The notes under the pieces were generated by a model. That model had not been told where the DNA came from and did not search any database. It saw only the letters and a list, made by a program, of their open reading frames with translations. DNA of 64,000 bases from a virus (lineage: Duplodnaviria; Caudoviricetes): IMG/VR virus record IMGVR_UViG_3300042469_000933, positions 466-64,465 of that record, one strand, 5' to 3'. Positions within the stretch are counted from its first letter, which is position 1, and the number at the start of each line of letters is the position of its first letter. Shown in pieces: positions 15,032 to 26,800 of this stretch. A program made the translations under genes and the position numbers.

Positions 15032-17871
15032 GGTGCAGCAGTTGTTGAGGTCGGAGCGCAGTCAGCGCAACGCTTGGACGATACCCGGAGTGTGGTGATC
15101 ATGCGGGCCAGCATTTCAAGGTCCTGCAGCTGAGCTGGTCCGTAATCAGGAATGCCGGTCCAACGGTAGCGCAGGGAGAACACCGCGGCTTCGATTTCGC
15201 GGCTGACGATCGACATCCGGGTCAGCTCGTCCCGGTTGTAGTCAGCGATCTGGGAACCAGCCGGCGTTGCACACAAGTCACTGTTGCAGAAAATGGCGTT
15301 GGCCAGACGGAGCTTGCAGTTCTCCATGTCGCACAAGTCAATGACCTCGGTCTTCCACACCTGTCCGCCAGGAGCCGTCACAGTGATCAAGTATACCGTG
15401 TCATCGTCGTTCACGAACTGGAACGGGAAGTTGCTGTCCGCGATCGACTGGTTGAGCAGAACCGTGTTGTCGGACAGGTCCTTGATCTCTACTTGGTAGA
15501 GTTGGCCCGTGTTCAGTGCATTGGCCGGACGGTCCAAGCTGATCACGTAGGTGTGGCAGTCCGTCTTCGTCACCTTGAAGCCATTGCACACGTCCAGCGT
15601 GTACTGGCAGGTCTTGGCGCCACCGCAATCTTGAGCTTCGATGGTCACTTGATAGCGACCATATTGCTCGATAAGAACGCTGAAGTCCGTTTCAACCAGA
15701 CCATCCACACAAGCAACGGTGCTGTCGTAGACCGTCACCGGAAGTCCGGTCGTGGCATCGATGCGTTGAACCAGCGTGCGCACGGTGCAAGGGCATTCCG
15801 TGAACACGGTCACTTCAAGCAATTCACCAGTCTCTGCAAAGTTTTCTTCGGTGGTGACCGTTGTCAGGTCCGAACCGGAATCATAGACCACGGTGGCCAC
15901 GGTGTACAGTCCGCTGTCATCACTGAACACGGTGATCACTGAGCCGATGGGAAACAGCGTGGTGCGGTCGCCTGTAAAAGTCAGGGTCAGCGGGCATCCG
16001 GTGCCTGGCTCTGTTTTTTCTTCCAATGGAGTGAGCGCCTCTTCCATGTGAAAGGGGAATTGCGCCTGAATGGAGAAATCCAGCGAATTGCCAGCGCTCA
16101 CGCATCCGGAACAGGTTGTACCAAGCACAACGCCGTTCACACGAAGCTGAGTGGAACAGTCCATGCAGATGCGATGCGTCTCCTGTGGCAAGCAATCGTA
16201 GCACGTGTTGTGCGAAGACACCAAAGTCAACGCTTGGGACACTAAGCAGTTGCCCTGGCCGCACACGCGGAAGCATTGGTCCGGATACTCCGCAACACGG
16301 ACGATCGCACCCGGATAGATGTTGCTGAGATCTGTCGTGGTCACGCCGAGCAGGCCAATACTGATGGCCGAACAAGTAACGCTTACATCAGCAGGATCAG
16401 CAGATTCCAAGTAGAAGGCACCAGCATTGCCCGGAACAACCGGGTTATCCAGTGGCGGGATCCGACTAGCACGATATGACGTGGTGGAGTTGATGAAGTA
16501 GACCAGTCCGCCAATGAATTCCTCCAGTCGCTCACTGGGCAACAACGAAGTGCTGATCATTGCACCGTAATTCACTGAAAGCACGCCGTCAATGGTGATA
16601 CCAATGACCTGGCTGGCCACAGCTGGGTCCAGCATCTGAACAGAGATCAATGAACGAGGCCCGTGACAGGCCAACCGCTTGAATCCTGGCGAGGCAGTAT
16701 GAATGATGTCATTGGTCAGACAGTTGACCAATTGCACGGCATCAATGCACGTACCGTTGTCTGTATTAAAGCTCTCGTCGTAATTGCAGGAAGTCGGGTC
16801 AGTACATCCAGCTACAGAAACGTCTGCAATAGAAGAGTGGTGAAGCAACCGTTCTGTTCTGGCAAAAAGCTGGAAGGTTGTAGTGCTTATTCCACCATCC
16901 ACCGAACTGTTCAAGCCTGGGCGATATGGGAATAAGGAAGTACTCAGCTGCGAGGATCCAGCAAAGACCGCAAAGGCATTGAGAGCCGAATGCGTGTAGT
17001 AGTCCACAAGGCTCGGAGAGGCTGTGGCAAGCGATGGGTTCGTGAGGTACATCGTTATCGCACTACCCAACGGAGCACTTTGTCCATGAGCACGAAGAGC
17101 ATTGTATCCACCCACCAGAACACGATTGCTTCTCCACACGATATCATCGAAGCGATTGTTCGCATCAGATCCACCGCCGTATCCTGTCGCCGGATATCCA
17201 GGAAACGCCGTGGCTATGGCCGCATTATGGTCCCAAACAGCAGTAGTTGTGAAGTACGGAAGCAGGGCGTCGATGTTCAGCAGATATCTCAGTCGATGAG
17301 ACGTGAGAAAAATCAGTTCCGAGATCGGCCCACCCTGATTCGCCACACGGCGCGGAGCCTCTGCTGGAAGAAGCATAGAGCTCAGGTCGGTCGTTACCCA
17401 CGTCAGGCCACCATCATCGGTGCGATGCAAGAATCCACCGACAAGCGAACCGCTCAACAAGATGACACCTTGGTCCGTACCCTTCCAGACCATATCCATC
17501 AACGGCCCGGCACCAACGGTCGCCGGAAGCGAAATGCCGACGAACGTTGCTCCGCTGTTGCTACTGAACATGAGCGCTGAAGAAGTCAGCACATACAGTT
17601 CGTTCTCTGTAGTCCACTGGACCTGACGGATGGTACCGGCAGCGCCCAGGGCAGCAGAAGTCCAGTTATCACCACCATCCACGCTGATAGCGACCTTGTT
17701 GTCACCTACAACGGCCATCTTCAGCGGGTCCTCCGCATTGATAGCAGTGCGCTCATAATCGTGCAGTTCGTTGTAGACGGAGGTAAGTCCGTTCGGAACT
17801 GCGTCTAGTCCGGTGTAGAAGTTCGATGTGCCGAGACCGTCCTTGGTCAAGGCGAGAATTCGTGTTGCCAT
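15016..17871 (-). CDS. Cys-rich structural protein with N-terminal BNR/Asp-box beta-propeller
   Basis: SVDGGDNW, SSNSGATF, RTDDGGLTW and SVDGG Asp-boxes, a GCTDPTSCNYD motif, and many CxxC pairs. Confidence 0.65.
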   Translation of the reverse strand: MATRILALTKDGLGTSNFYTGLDAVPNGLTSVYNELHDYERTAINAEDPLKMAVVGDNKVAISVDGGDNWTSAALGAAGTIRQVQWTTENELYVLTSSALMFSSNSGATFVGISLPATVGAGPLMDMVWKGTDQGVILLSGSLVGGFLHRTDDGGLTWVTTDLSSMLLPAEAPRRVANQGGPISELIFLTSHRLRYLLNIDALLPYFTTTAVWDHNAAIATAFPGYPATGYGGGSDANNRFDDIVWRSNRVLVGGYNALRAHGQSAPLGSAITMYLTNPSLATASPSLVDYYTHSALNAFAVFAGSSQLSTSLFPYRPGLNSSVDGGISTTTFQLFARTERLLHHSSIADVSVAGCTDPTSCNYDESFNTDNGTCIDAVQLVNCLTNDIIHTASPGFKRLACHGPRSLISVQMLDPAVASQVIGITIDGVLSVNYGAMISTSLLPSERLEEFIGGLVYFINSTTSYRASRIPPLDNPVVPGNAGAFYLESADPADVSVTCSAISIGLLGVTTTDLSNIYPGAIVRVAEYPDQCFRVCGQGNCLVSQALTLVSSHNTCYDCLPQETHRICMDCSTQLRVNGVVLGTTCSGCVSAGNSLDFSIQAQFPFHMEEALTPLEEKTEPGTGCPLTLTFTGDRTTLFPIGSVITVFSDDSGLYTVATVVYDSGSDLTTVTTEENFAETGELLEVTVFTECPCTVRTLVQRIDATTGLPVTVYDSTVACVDGLVETDFSVLIEQYGRYQVTIEAQDCGGAKTCQYTLDVCNGFKVTKTDCHTYVISLDRPANALNTGQLYQVEIKDLSDNTVLLNQSIADSNFPFQFVNDDDTVYLITVTAPGGQVWKTEVIDLCDMENCKLRLANAIFCNSDLCATPAGSQIADYNRDELTRMSIVSREIEAAVFSLRYRWTGIPDYGPAQLQDLEMLARMITTLRVSSKRCADCAPTSTTAAPCATC

Positions 17872-17876
17872 TGGGG

Positions 17877-20800
17877 TTAGTCGTTAAGTGGTTTGCGGAT
17901 GGTCTTGTCAGAAACGAGGTCGTAAATGTCAGCGAACGTGGCACCGCCCGGTGCAAAGTACAGGGCTTTCTCTGGATGCAGAGGTACGTTCATCAAGCGC
18001 CAGGCGTTGTTCAGCACGGGTATTGCACTGCCTCCACCACTGCCGGCCATGGTATAGACCAAACCGGGTGCGGAACCAGCAGCACCGTCCCATGCGATCT
18101 GCTTGAGCATGTCGAACATCTTGCGTTCGTACGTGTAAGCGGACTGCTTGTTGGGAGCAGTGATGAAGCTGTCCTCGTCATCATCGTCCTTCAGACCGTT
18201 GTAGATGAGGTAGCACAGAATGCACAGGATCGCGTCGTAGCTCAACTTGGCCAGCGCTCGCTTGTCAGCAGGGCGCATGTTCTTGAAGTCGGTCGTGCCC
18301 ATTTCCCGGGCATCGGACAGCATCTTGAACATGTTGCCAAGAGCGGTCACGTAGCTGGTAATCTCTCGGCGCTCCCACACGGCCATCTTCTTACCGGACG
18401 CATCGGTCTTCATAACCAGACGGCCACCGGCATCCGAGTTGATGTCCCGGCCATGCCAGTTGTAGATGCGGTCCATCATGTAGGTCTTGAACGTGGTGAA
18501 CATCCGACCGTACCATGCGCTGGAAAGGTTCGCCTTCTGCGAGGCATCCATACCACCGATGATGTACTTGTCAGCGATCCACTTGAACGTGCGGCCCATT
18601 TCAAGGTCGTAGCCCAGACGCAAGGGCTCGTTCTCTTTCTGATCCACCACACCTTGCTCGATGAGACGACGCTTCACCTCTTTGATAAGCACGCCACCGT
18701 CCTCGGTCAGCTTGCCATCGGCGCCGTACCAGCGACGGTCCTTCTTTTCGTCGTACACCACTTCGCCTTTTGGGGTCAGTGAGTACGCATCCCAGGAGCC
18801 GTCCTTCAGCATCTGTGCCATCATCACCATGCCACGCGTGTTGTTGTCGGTCCAGAAGTTACCGATGTTCATTGCGTGTCCGGAGAACAGCAGCTTGCGC
18901 GTATGGCTCTTGTTGAACGAATCAGCCAAGTCCTGTTGCTGCCACTCATTGATGAAGTGCTTCTCCATCAGTGCAGCCATCTTGTCCCGCTCCTTCTTGC
19001 TGGCCATGCGCTTGACTGCTTCGGCAAAGTGCTTCGCACTGAACAGACCATCATCTGCAATGGACGATGCTATGGAGAACCCAAGCATCTGCAGGTTGTT
19101 CATCACGCCGCTAGCCAGTGCAACTTTCCAGTTCCACGCCACACCGATGAACGATGACGCACTGATCGCCATGTTCATGATCGGAGCAGGGTTCACGCCC
19201 ATGACGTTGAACGTGTCCTTGATGGGCTCGTTGTAGATCATGCGCATGGCGTAATCCTCAAGGCTCTTCAGGTTGAACCGTTGGTCAACGCTCTCTTCCA
19301 AATTCTTGGCCAGCAACAGTGCGCGGGCTCCGTTATACACAGGGACCGTTTCCTCTTCGTGAATGATCTGGCGGTCGGTGGCCAGTCGCACGTAGTTCAA
19401 AATGATCTCCAGGTTCATGGTCGAAGCCATGTTCCGTTCATCCGCTTCCGAGATCAGCTTGCCGTCCACGATCTCCAGACCCATCCGGCGAAGACGCGTA
19501 GAGCCGCCGATCTTGGAGAGCGGTTCGTGTATCTCCAACTCAGAGCCATAGGTGTTAGACACCCGGCCCTTCTCACGCTCTCCGCTGTTCTCTCCGCTCA
19601 CGCGATCAGCATCCTGTGCGTAGATAGCATCCATGTTCGCACTGGCACCGAGCGACGTACTGAACGCTTCCTTGAACTTCAGGTTGAACACCGCCTCACT
19701 GGCCGGCCGGCGAACCACAGGAACCCATCCGCGTGGATAGTGCTTGGTCACGAACGCTTCAGCTTCTTTGCGAGCAAGCGCTTCGTCGAAGATGCCGGTC
19801 ACCGGATCCCAATGGCGCATGTCCATCTTGTAGTCATGAACGGTCTTGTCCACCATGGCCTTGTGGATCTCATCCAACGCGTAGTTGGCAAAGTCCAGTT
19901 CGGCCTGGGTGAGCTTTCCGGCCTTCAATTTGGCCGCGGTAGCTGGGTCGTTCTTGTTCCAGTGGAGCGTGTTGGTGTGCGCGCCGATGAGCTCTGTGCC
20001 ATCCTTGCGGTACACCTTGTCCACACCTTCCTCGCCGCTGAGCTTCCACATGGCCTCAAAGCGTTTCCAGCCACGGTCGGCCAGCTCTACGCCACCCGGA
20101 ACCTTCATGAAACTGGACTTCTCTTCCAAGGCCTTGATGCGAGCCGTCATTTCAGCGCGGAACACACCGTTTTTCGCAGCCAGTTTCATTACCGCTTGTT
20201 CGGTCTTGCGTACCACGGTCTGCACCACATCGCTCTGGATGTTGTGCGTGTTCTTCAGCAGGTGACCCACCATGCTCGTATCACGGATGGAGTTCGGGTT
20301 GGTCCGCCCATGCTGGTTCATGTCTTCAACCAAGTGAGCGAGCATGATGTATTCCGGGTCTGTGACCAGGTAAGCCTGTTTGTAGTCTTTCTGCATCATG
20401 CGCTGACGGTAACGAATGGCATCCAGCAGATTGGCATTGCTGCCCTCTTCGCTGAACATTGCCTTTTCAGCAGCGGTACGCAAACGGTCACGGGCTGCAG
20501 TCTCCGTGAACGAACCACCTTCACCGGACGTACGCAGGAACTCGATGTACTGCTGCAGGAACGGCTGGTTGTACGCGTCCATGTCGAACAGGGTCTCATC
20601 GTTCAACACCGCCTTGATGTTGTCCGGTATCTCGTTCATGAACGCAGGGATGTTTTTCAGTAACCGCACCTCGTGGATGAAGTCGGACATCCATACACCT
20701 CCGTCCTTCCCGTCCTTCAGGCTCAACGCCTTGATCCGGTGAAACGAAATGTTGGGGTTGGCCTGCTTCATGGCCATTGCCGTGAGCCCCATCAGGAATG

Positions 20801-23800
20801 TCCGGGCGCCGGAGCTGCTGTTGTGTGTGCGCAACTTCTTCAGTGCTGACTGGAAAGGGCCGTGCATGTACACGGAGAGCAGGTAAGGACCAGCTCCAGT
20901 GTCACCACCGGGATTACCACGGGTTGTGGGGTCAAGCAGTGACACCGACTTCTTGCCGTTGCCATCCACGTACACCTGAACGATCGGGTTGAACCCATCG
21001 AAGCCAGGCACATACTTGATGCCCAGCTCGCTCACCGGGATCTTGCGACCGTCCGATGTGGTGATGATGGTGTTCGGGTCCTTCAGGTCCGTATACTGAA
21101 GATAGATAGCGCCGGTCCGGTGCCCAGATGCTTCCTTGAACCACTTGGCGGTCTCTTTGGTCGTCATCGGGTTGCCGTCCGCGAAGACCATCTTGGTGTT
21201 CCAGTTCTGCTCAAGGTCGCCGGCCATGTTCATCACGTCCATGACCTTTAACTTGGTCTGTGCGTCGCTGGTGGACACCTTGGGCATCACGTTCTTCCGG
21301 AGGTACTCCCGGATCTGCGTATCCGTCATTCCGTCGATGGAGAAACGAATGCCATCTAGCTCCTGTGCAATGCGTGAACGGTCCAGCCTGTTGAACAGAC
21401 GCTCGACGTACTGCGAAGCCTGACGTTCTTCGTGCGTGATGAACGCCTTGGGGTCCGTCTGGAATCGGTCAACCAGGTCACGGATGTCCGTCACTGGCTT
21501 GAACTGTGGAGAAAGACCATGCTGTGCCGCGTTGGACATGCGGAACGCCTCACCCATCGGCATGCGGTCGATACCGCTCCGTGAGGAACGCTTGATGTAG
21601 TCGTAGGACAAGCTGGTGATGCGGTTCACGTAATCGTTGCGTACGTACCCTGGAAACAGCGAGCGGATCGCATTGATGATGCGCCAGAAGATGTTCTGCT
21701 TGCTGCCAGGAGCCAACGAGCGAAGGTGCTGCTGAAAATCTGGGTTGCTCAGGGTCTCAGCCAGGAACTCGTGCACGTCTTTCATGCCGTAGTGATCCGA
21801 ATTTGGATCCAGGGCCTTCACCTCGTTGAAGATGGTCTCCACTTTCTTGCGGAACTCAGCTTCCCATGCATTCAGCGAAGCCTCCGGAGCGTTCATCACA
21901 CCCATGAGGAACCGGTGCAGCGCTTCGTGCAACAATGTGTGTTCAGCATCTAGCTGCGTAATACCGTCCGACAGCATGATGTCGCCAGTGCTTGTAATGC
22001 GGCCAGCTACTCTGCCGCGAGCTCGCATATTGGCCACATACGAATCACGGTCGTGTATCTGCAACTGCTCACCAAGGAACTCAGCAAGCTGACGGTACAT
22101 CGGATGTTCCGTCTTCGACTGCAGCACCTTCAGCGCTTCCTTCAGCTGCTTTCCTTTCAGCTCCATGTGGCCGGGACCATAGGCAGACTTCTCCGACTTG
22201 GCAAAGCCCTTGCTGTCCACCTTCAGGATGTTGTTGGCCAGCGCTGGGTCTTCGTTGTTGCGAAGCTTGTGCGAGCCTGTGAGCGTACTGGCATCGAGTG
22301 TAATGGTATCTCCGGACTTCGTGAACTTGATGGACTGTCCGGTCGGCAGGGCCACCTCGTTGCGCTCCATGATCCAGCCGGTCGTGGCTGCAATGGGAAT
22401 CACCACATCCATACCGCGCAACAGTGCATCGTAATCGCTCTTGCTCCAACGCTTGTGGACGTTCAATGCAGGACGTGACGAAGGAGCAAGGTCGATGACC
22501 GTACCAAGCTGGCTCCATGGAGAGTTTACCAGCTCGCCGGTATTCACATCGAACACCGAGTAGGTCCGCATCGAGCCGACCGTTTCTTTCTCAGCATAGT
22601 AACGAGCGCCGCGCATCTTGGCCGACTTGGCAGACCAAGGGAGCATGCGCGGATGACCCACTACGAACTGACGCTTGGCAATGTCCAGCATCTTGTTGAT
22701 GTTGATCTGACTGCCATCGTTCAGCGGCACCTGGTGAAGCTTTCCGTACTGCACTACACCAGCATGCAAGCTGTTCACGAAACTATCGTAGCGCAGGTAC
22801 TCTTGAATGGGAACGAAACGAGCGATGGAAGCACTGCCCACAGCGAACTTGTCTTTCATCATGCTGTACAGCGTGACCATCTGCGACATGGGAACGTTCA
22901 GACCGTTTGCCACATCGCCGGTGAAGATCTCGTCAAGGCGCTCAGCCGCACGACGCACAGCTTCCGATTCACGCACGTCATTCATAATTTTCCGTGCCTT
23001 GGGCACCTCCAGTCGTGGTGTGCCCTTGTCCACGATACGCAGCGAGTTCAGAAACTCGTTCTGCTTCATCAGGATCTTGCGTGGGTCACTGTTCTTTAGA
23101 CGCTCCACACGAGCCATCATGGCTTTTAGGAAGCCCGGGAACTCCATGACGTAACGGTAGTGGCCACCCGGACCGCTAAGCGAAATGGGCTCCATGCCCC
23201 TGGTCAACCGGAACTGGCTATTGCCATGTGCTGTGTTCAGGTAACCCACGATCAAGGCCTGTTCAACCAAGTTCTCCCAATCGCGTCCAGCTTCGTTCGG
23301 CATGAACTCCATGCCAAGATCCTGGATCAGATCAGTGCGCGCATTGTCAACCAGGTGGTGCGCAAGCAGAATAGAATCAGAGAGCGTTTGACGCCCCCAC
23401 TCAGCGACACCGTAGAAGCCGATCATGCTCGGTATCTGCTCCATGATGCCACGAGCATCAATCACATCGTTGTACTCACCCACTCCACTACCCACCGCAT
23501 TGTTGGCAAGGCCAGCCCATGCAACACCCAGTGTCTTCTGCGTGTCATTCTTGAACTCCTTCATTGCTTCAAGCGAATGCGGGATGCCCTTGGTGTTGAT
23601 GGAGAACACACGGGAAAGGGCAGAAGATGCTTCCCCAATCGTAGCGTTCAGCTCCAGCCTCTTCAGGCCACGGATACGCTGAAGCCCATTCGGGTTCTCG
23701 GCCAACCATTGATTCATCTGCTCCGTGTCGGGCTCTTGAATAGCTACTCCATTGACGACACCTCCAGTGCGCTTCCACTCAGCGTGGTCTTTCATTGCCT

Positions 23801-26800
23801 TGACAACGTGTTCAGGCGGCATTGCTTCGCCCAGTTTCGCAGCAATGGCGTTTTGAAGCGTCTTCTTCCGAACACCGGAATCGCTCATGCTGTAGCTGTC
23901 AGCAAGCTGGTTAGTGCGCACAGCATCCTGAATGATGGGGTCTTTCAACATCAGGAACGCCTCCTTCATGGAAGCGCCGTTGATGATAGCGCCCATCAGC
24001 AGATTCACGTTGTACGAGTTCACCCCCAGCTGACCCATCACCATCAGCTTGGTATTGTCCAGCATACCGTTGAGCAACTGATTGATGTTGGCCATGACCG
24101 GACGGCCGGTGCTGTCCTTGGCTTGTGGCATCCACCCATCGAATAAAGGACTGTTGCCCTTCTCGTCCATGGTCTTCAGCGCAGCCTCCATCATGTAGCC
24201 ATAGGCCTTCATGTGCTGTGCACCGATACCGATCAGCTGTGCGCCGTCCGAAGCCATCTTTCTGGCCAACGAGTTGTGCGAAGGCGTGAACAGTTCCATG
24301 CGCATGGCGTCTGCACCGTACACTTCAGGAAACTCAGCCATCAGCTCTTCCGCCACGGCCACAAGATCTTTGGTACCGGTGGAAGCCATGATCATTTCAG
24401 CGTTGGCAGGGTCCTGATAGAACTGCCACAACGCATTCATGATGTTAGCCTGATTGACCGTCAGCGGGTCGTCACTGTCCAACGGCTCAATGGTCTCAAG
24501 CTTGGACCCATCGTCTTCGTCCACCTGAGCCTTCACGTTGCGGAAGTACACCGACAATTGATCACCATCAAAGTCACCACCAGTTGGTACGTTCATTCCT
24601 GCAGGCGTGTAGATGCTGTTGCCGGAATCATTGATGAACCCGACGATCTTCATCCACTGGCCAGAGCCAAGACCGGACGAAGGTGTACGGGTTACAAACA
24701 CGTTTAGGTACCGCTCAAATGCAGCCAGACCAGCCTCACCTTGGTCACGAAAGATCTGCTCCTTCATGGCGTCAATGGGCATGGATGGGTCGGTGATGCC
24801 AAACGTAGCAGCATGCACGAACTTGATCATAATCTCGCCCGGCATGTACTGGCCATTTTCAATGCGCGGAGGCAGAAGCTCACGCATGCTTTCAGTCTTC
24901 ACTATCTGTGAAGCAGGAGCAGGATTCTGTGCTTCCCACTCATTCATTGCAGCGGTCTGGTCCTCCAACTCTGCGCTTTGCTGAGCGGCAACATCTCGTT
25001 GCACTGAGTAGTTGGCCAGCTCTTCTTCGCTAGGGTCAACAACTTGCTCTGTCACCTCAGGCGTAAGCAGTCCATAGGCGCTGACCTGGGTAAACATTTG
25101 TCCGTGCATCTTTGGATTGATGCCATTGCGGGACAGTTCGTTCGCCAAGAATTCCACCAACTTCGGACGAAGAATAGGGTTGTTGATGTCGCTATTCGGG
25201 TTCGTGAGCATGTCCACAAACTGACCAGTACGGCCATCGGCACTCATCTTGCGCAACCCAATGCCGCGCATCCATTCTTGGACCTTCTCAGTGCGCGTCG
25301 TACCAGACTGCCCCTGGATCATCACAGCCAGCTTGTTCAGGTAGTTCTCGGAGATTTTCTGTTCGATCTCGCGAATGACCTGCAGCTGAGCCCGACTTGC
25401 TTCCGATTCCGATACGCCAAACAGAGAGCTGAGCTGCGTGAAATACGGAGCCTCCATTTCGTCCGGATCCGTTGTGCGCTCCAGTACCGTCTGCAGACGC
25501 CAGAAGCGTGAGTCCACAGCCAAAGAAACCAACGGCGTATCGATGGCCAGTTGGTTCACGCCACGAAGACCCATCTTCACGTTGCTCTCCGAGGTGAGTA
25601 GGTGCACTAGCTGGTCACTTACACCCAGCTCCTGTGCTTTCTCCATGACCGCATCCGTGGCCTTGGCAAACGCTTCAGGATTCGCATCACCAATCGCATT
25701 GTTCCAAGCATCGAGCAATGGCGTTCCGGGTATCACAGAGCCGTCAATGCCGGTCAACTCAGCCATAAGTGAGCGCTGCGTGATCTGTTGCAACCACAGG
25801 TTCTTTCCGTACAGTTCCGGCGAGATCACAGCCTCGCTGTACTTCACCTTGATGGAGTTGGTGCTGATGATGCGCTTGTTGACCGAAGCCTTGACCAGAC
25901 CCTCCTGTCCACCGAATGCACGGCGAGCAATGGCCCACCCCCATGGCGTGGTGTAGCCCTGGCCATCCAGATGACTGACGCTGTTGCCGTTTTCGTCAAT
26001 TGTCGTCATTTCAGAGAACACCGCAATGCGCGGCTCCAGCGGCATTCCGAACTGGCCACCGATCAATGGCTCGTGACCAGGAGAGAATGCAGTCACGCTC
26101 CGCTTGATGTAGTCCTGTGCGTTCTTGTAGTTGTGGGAGCCGCCGTCGATGACCGTACCCACCCAGTTGTTCACCAGGTGGCTCATCACGAAGTAGCCAT
26201 ACATCATGTTGCGACGACCGTTCGCATCAATGTTCACAGCAGGATGTTGCCAGCCGATACCTGGCGTGGTTACCGTCTCGCTCTTTACCACCTCAACACC
26301 GTTCTCCATCACCTTCGTTTCCACGGTCTCGGTCTTACCGTTGACCATTTCTTCGAATGCCTTGAAGTAGGGCTCCATGATCTCGTCCATCACAGCTACT
26401 GCACCCTTGTCGGACTTCAGCATCTTGTCCCGGTTCGCACGGCTGTAGATGCTGGAATCCGTCATCATGATCGCATGCCCGAACGACACCTTGTCGCCGT
26501 CGATCATGTAGTCAGAATTCATGGCCAGCAACGGCGATGCTTTCACCAGGTATTTGAAGCCCGGACCTTGTGCGGCATTCAGTTTGGCCAGCACTTCCGA
26601 TGCCTTTGCACTGGAGGGTAGACCAAAGAACGCAGCCCATGACCGAACCGAGTTGCCAGCAACCTGGTCCCGGTACGTGAACATATCCCTCAACCAAGCA
26701 GCCATTGGCTCCTTATTCACCGTGATGGAGCCATTGGTCTTGTTGAACAAGCGCTGGTTTCGGTCACCGGTAGGAATGTCGAGCTGATACAGCAGAATGG

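Noticed and set aside
11522-17871. Diversity-generating retroelement or invertible tail-fiber cassette
   Set aside because: No reverse transcriptase, recombinase or near-identical nucleotide repeat pair was noticed. The repeats are visible only at protein level.
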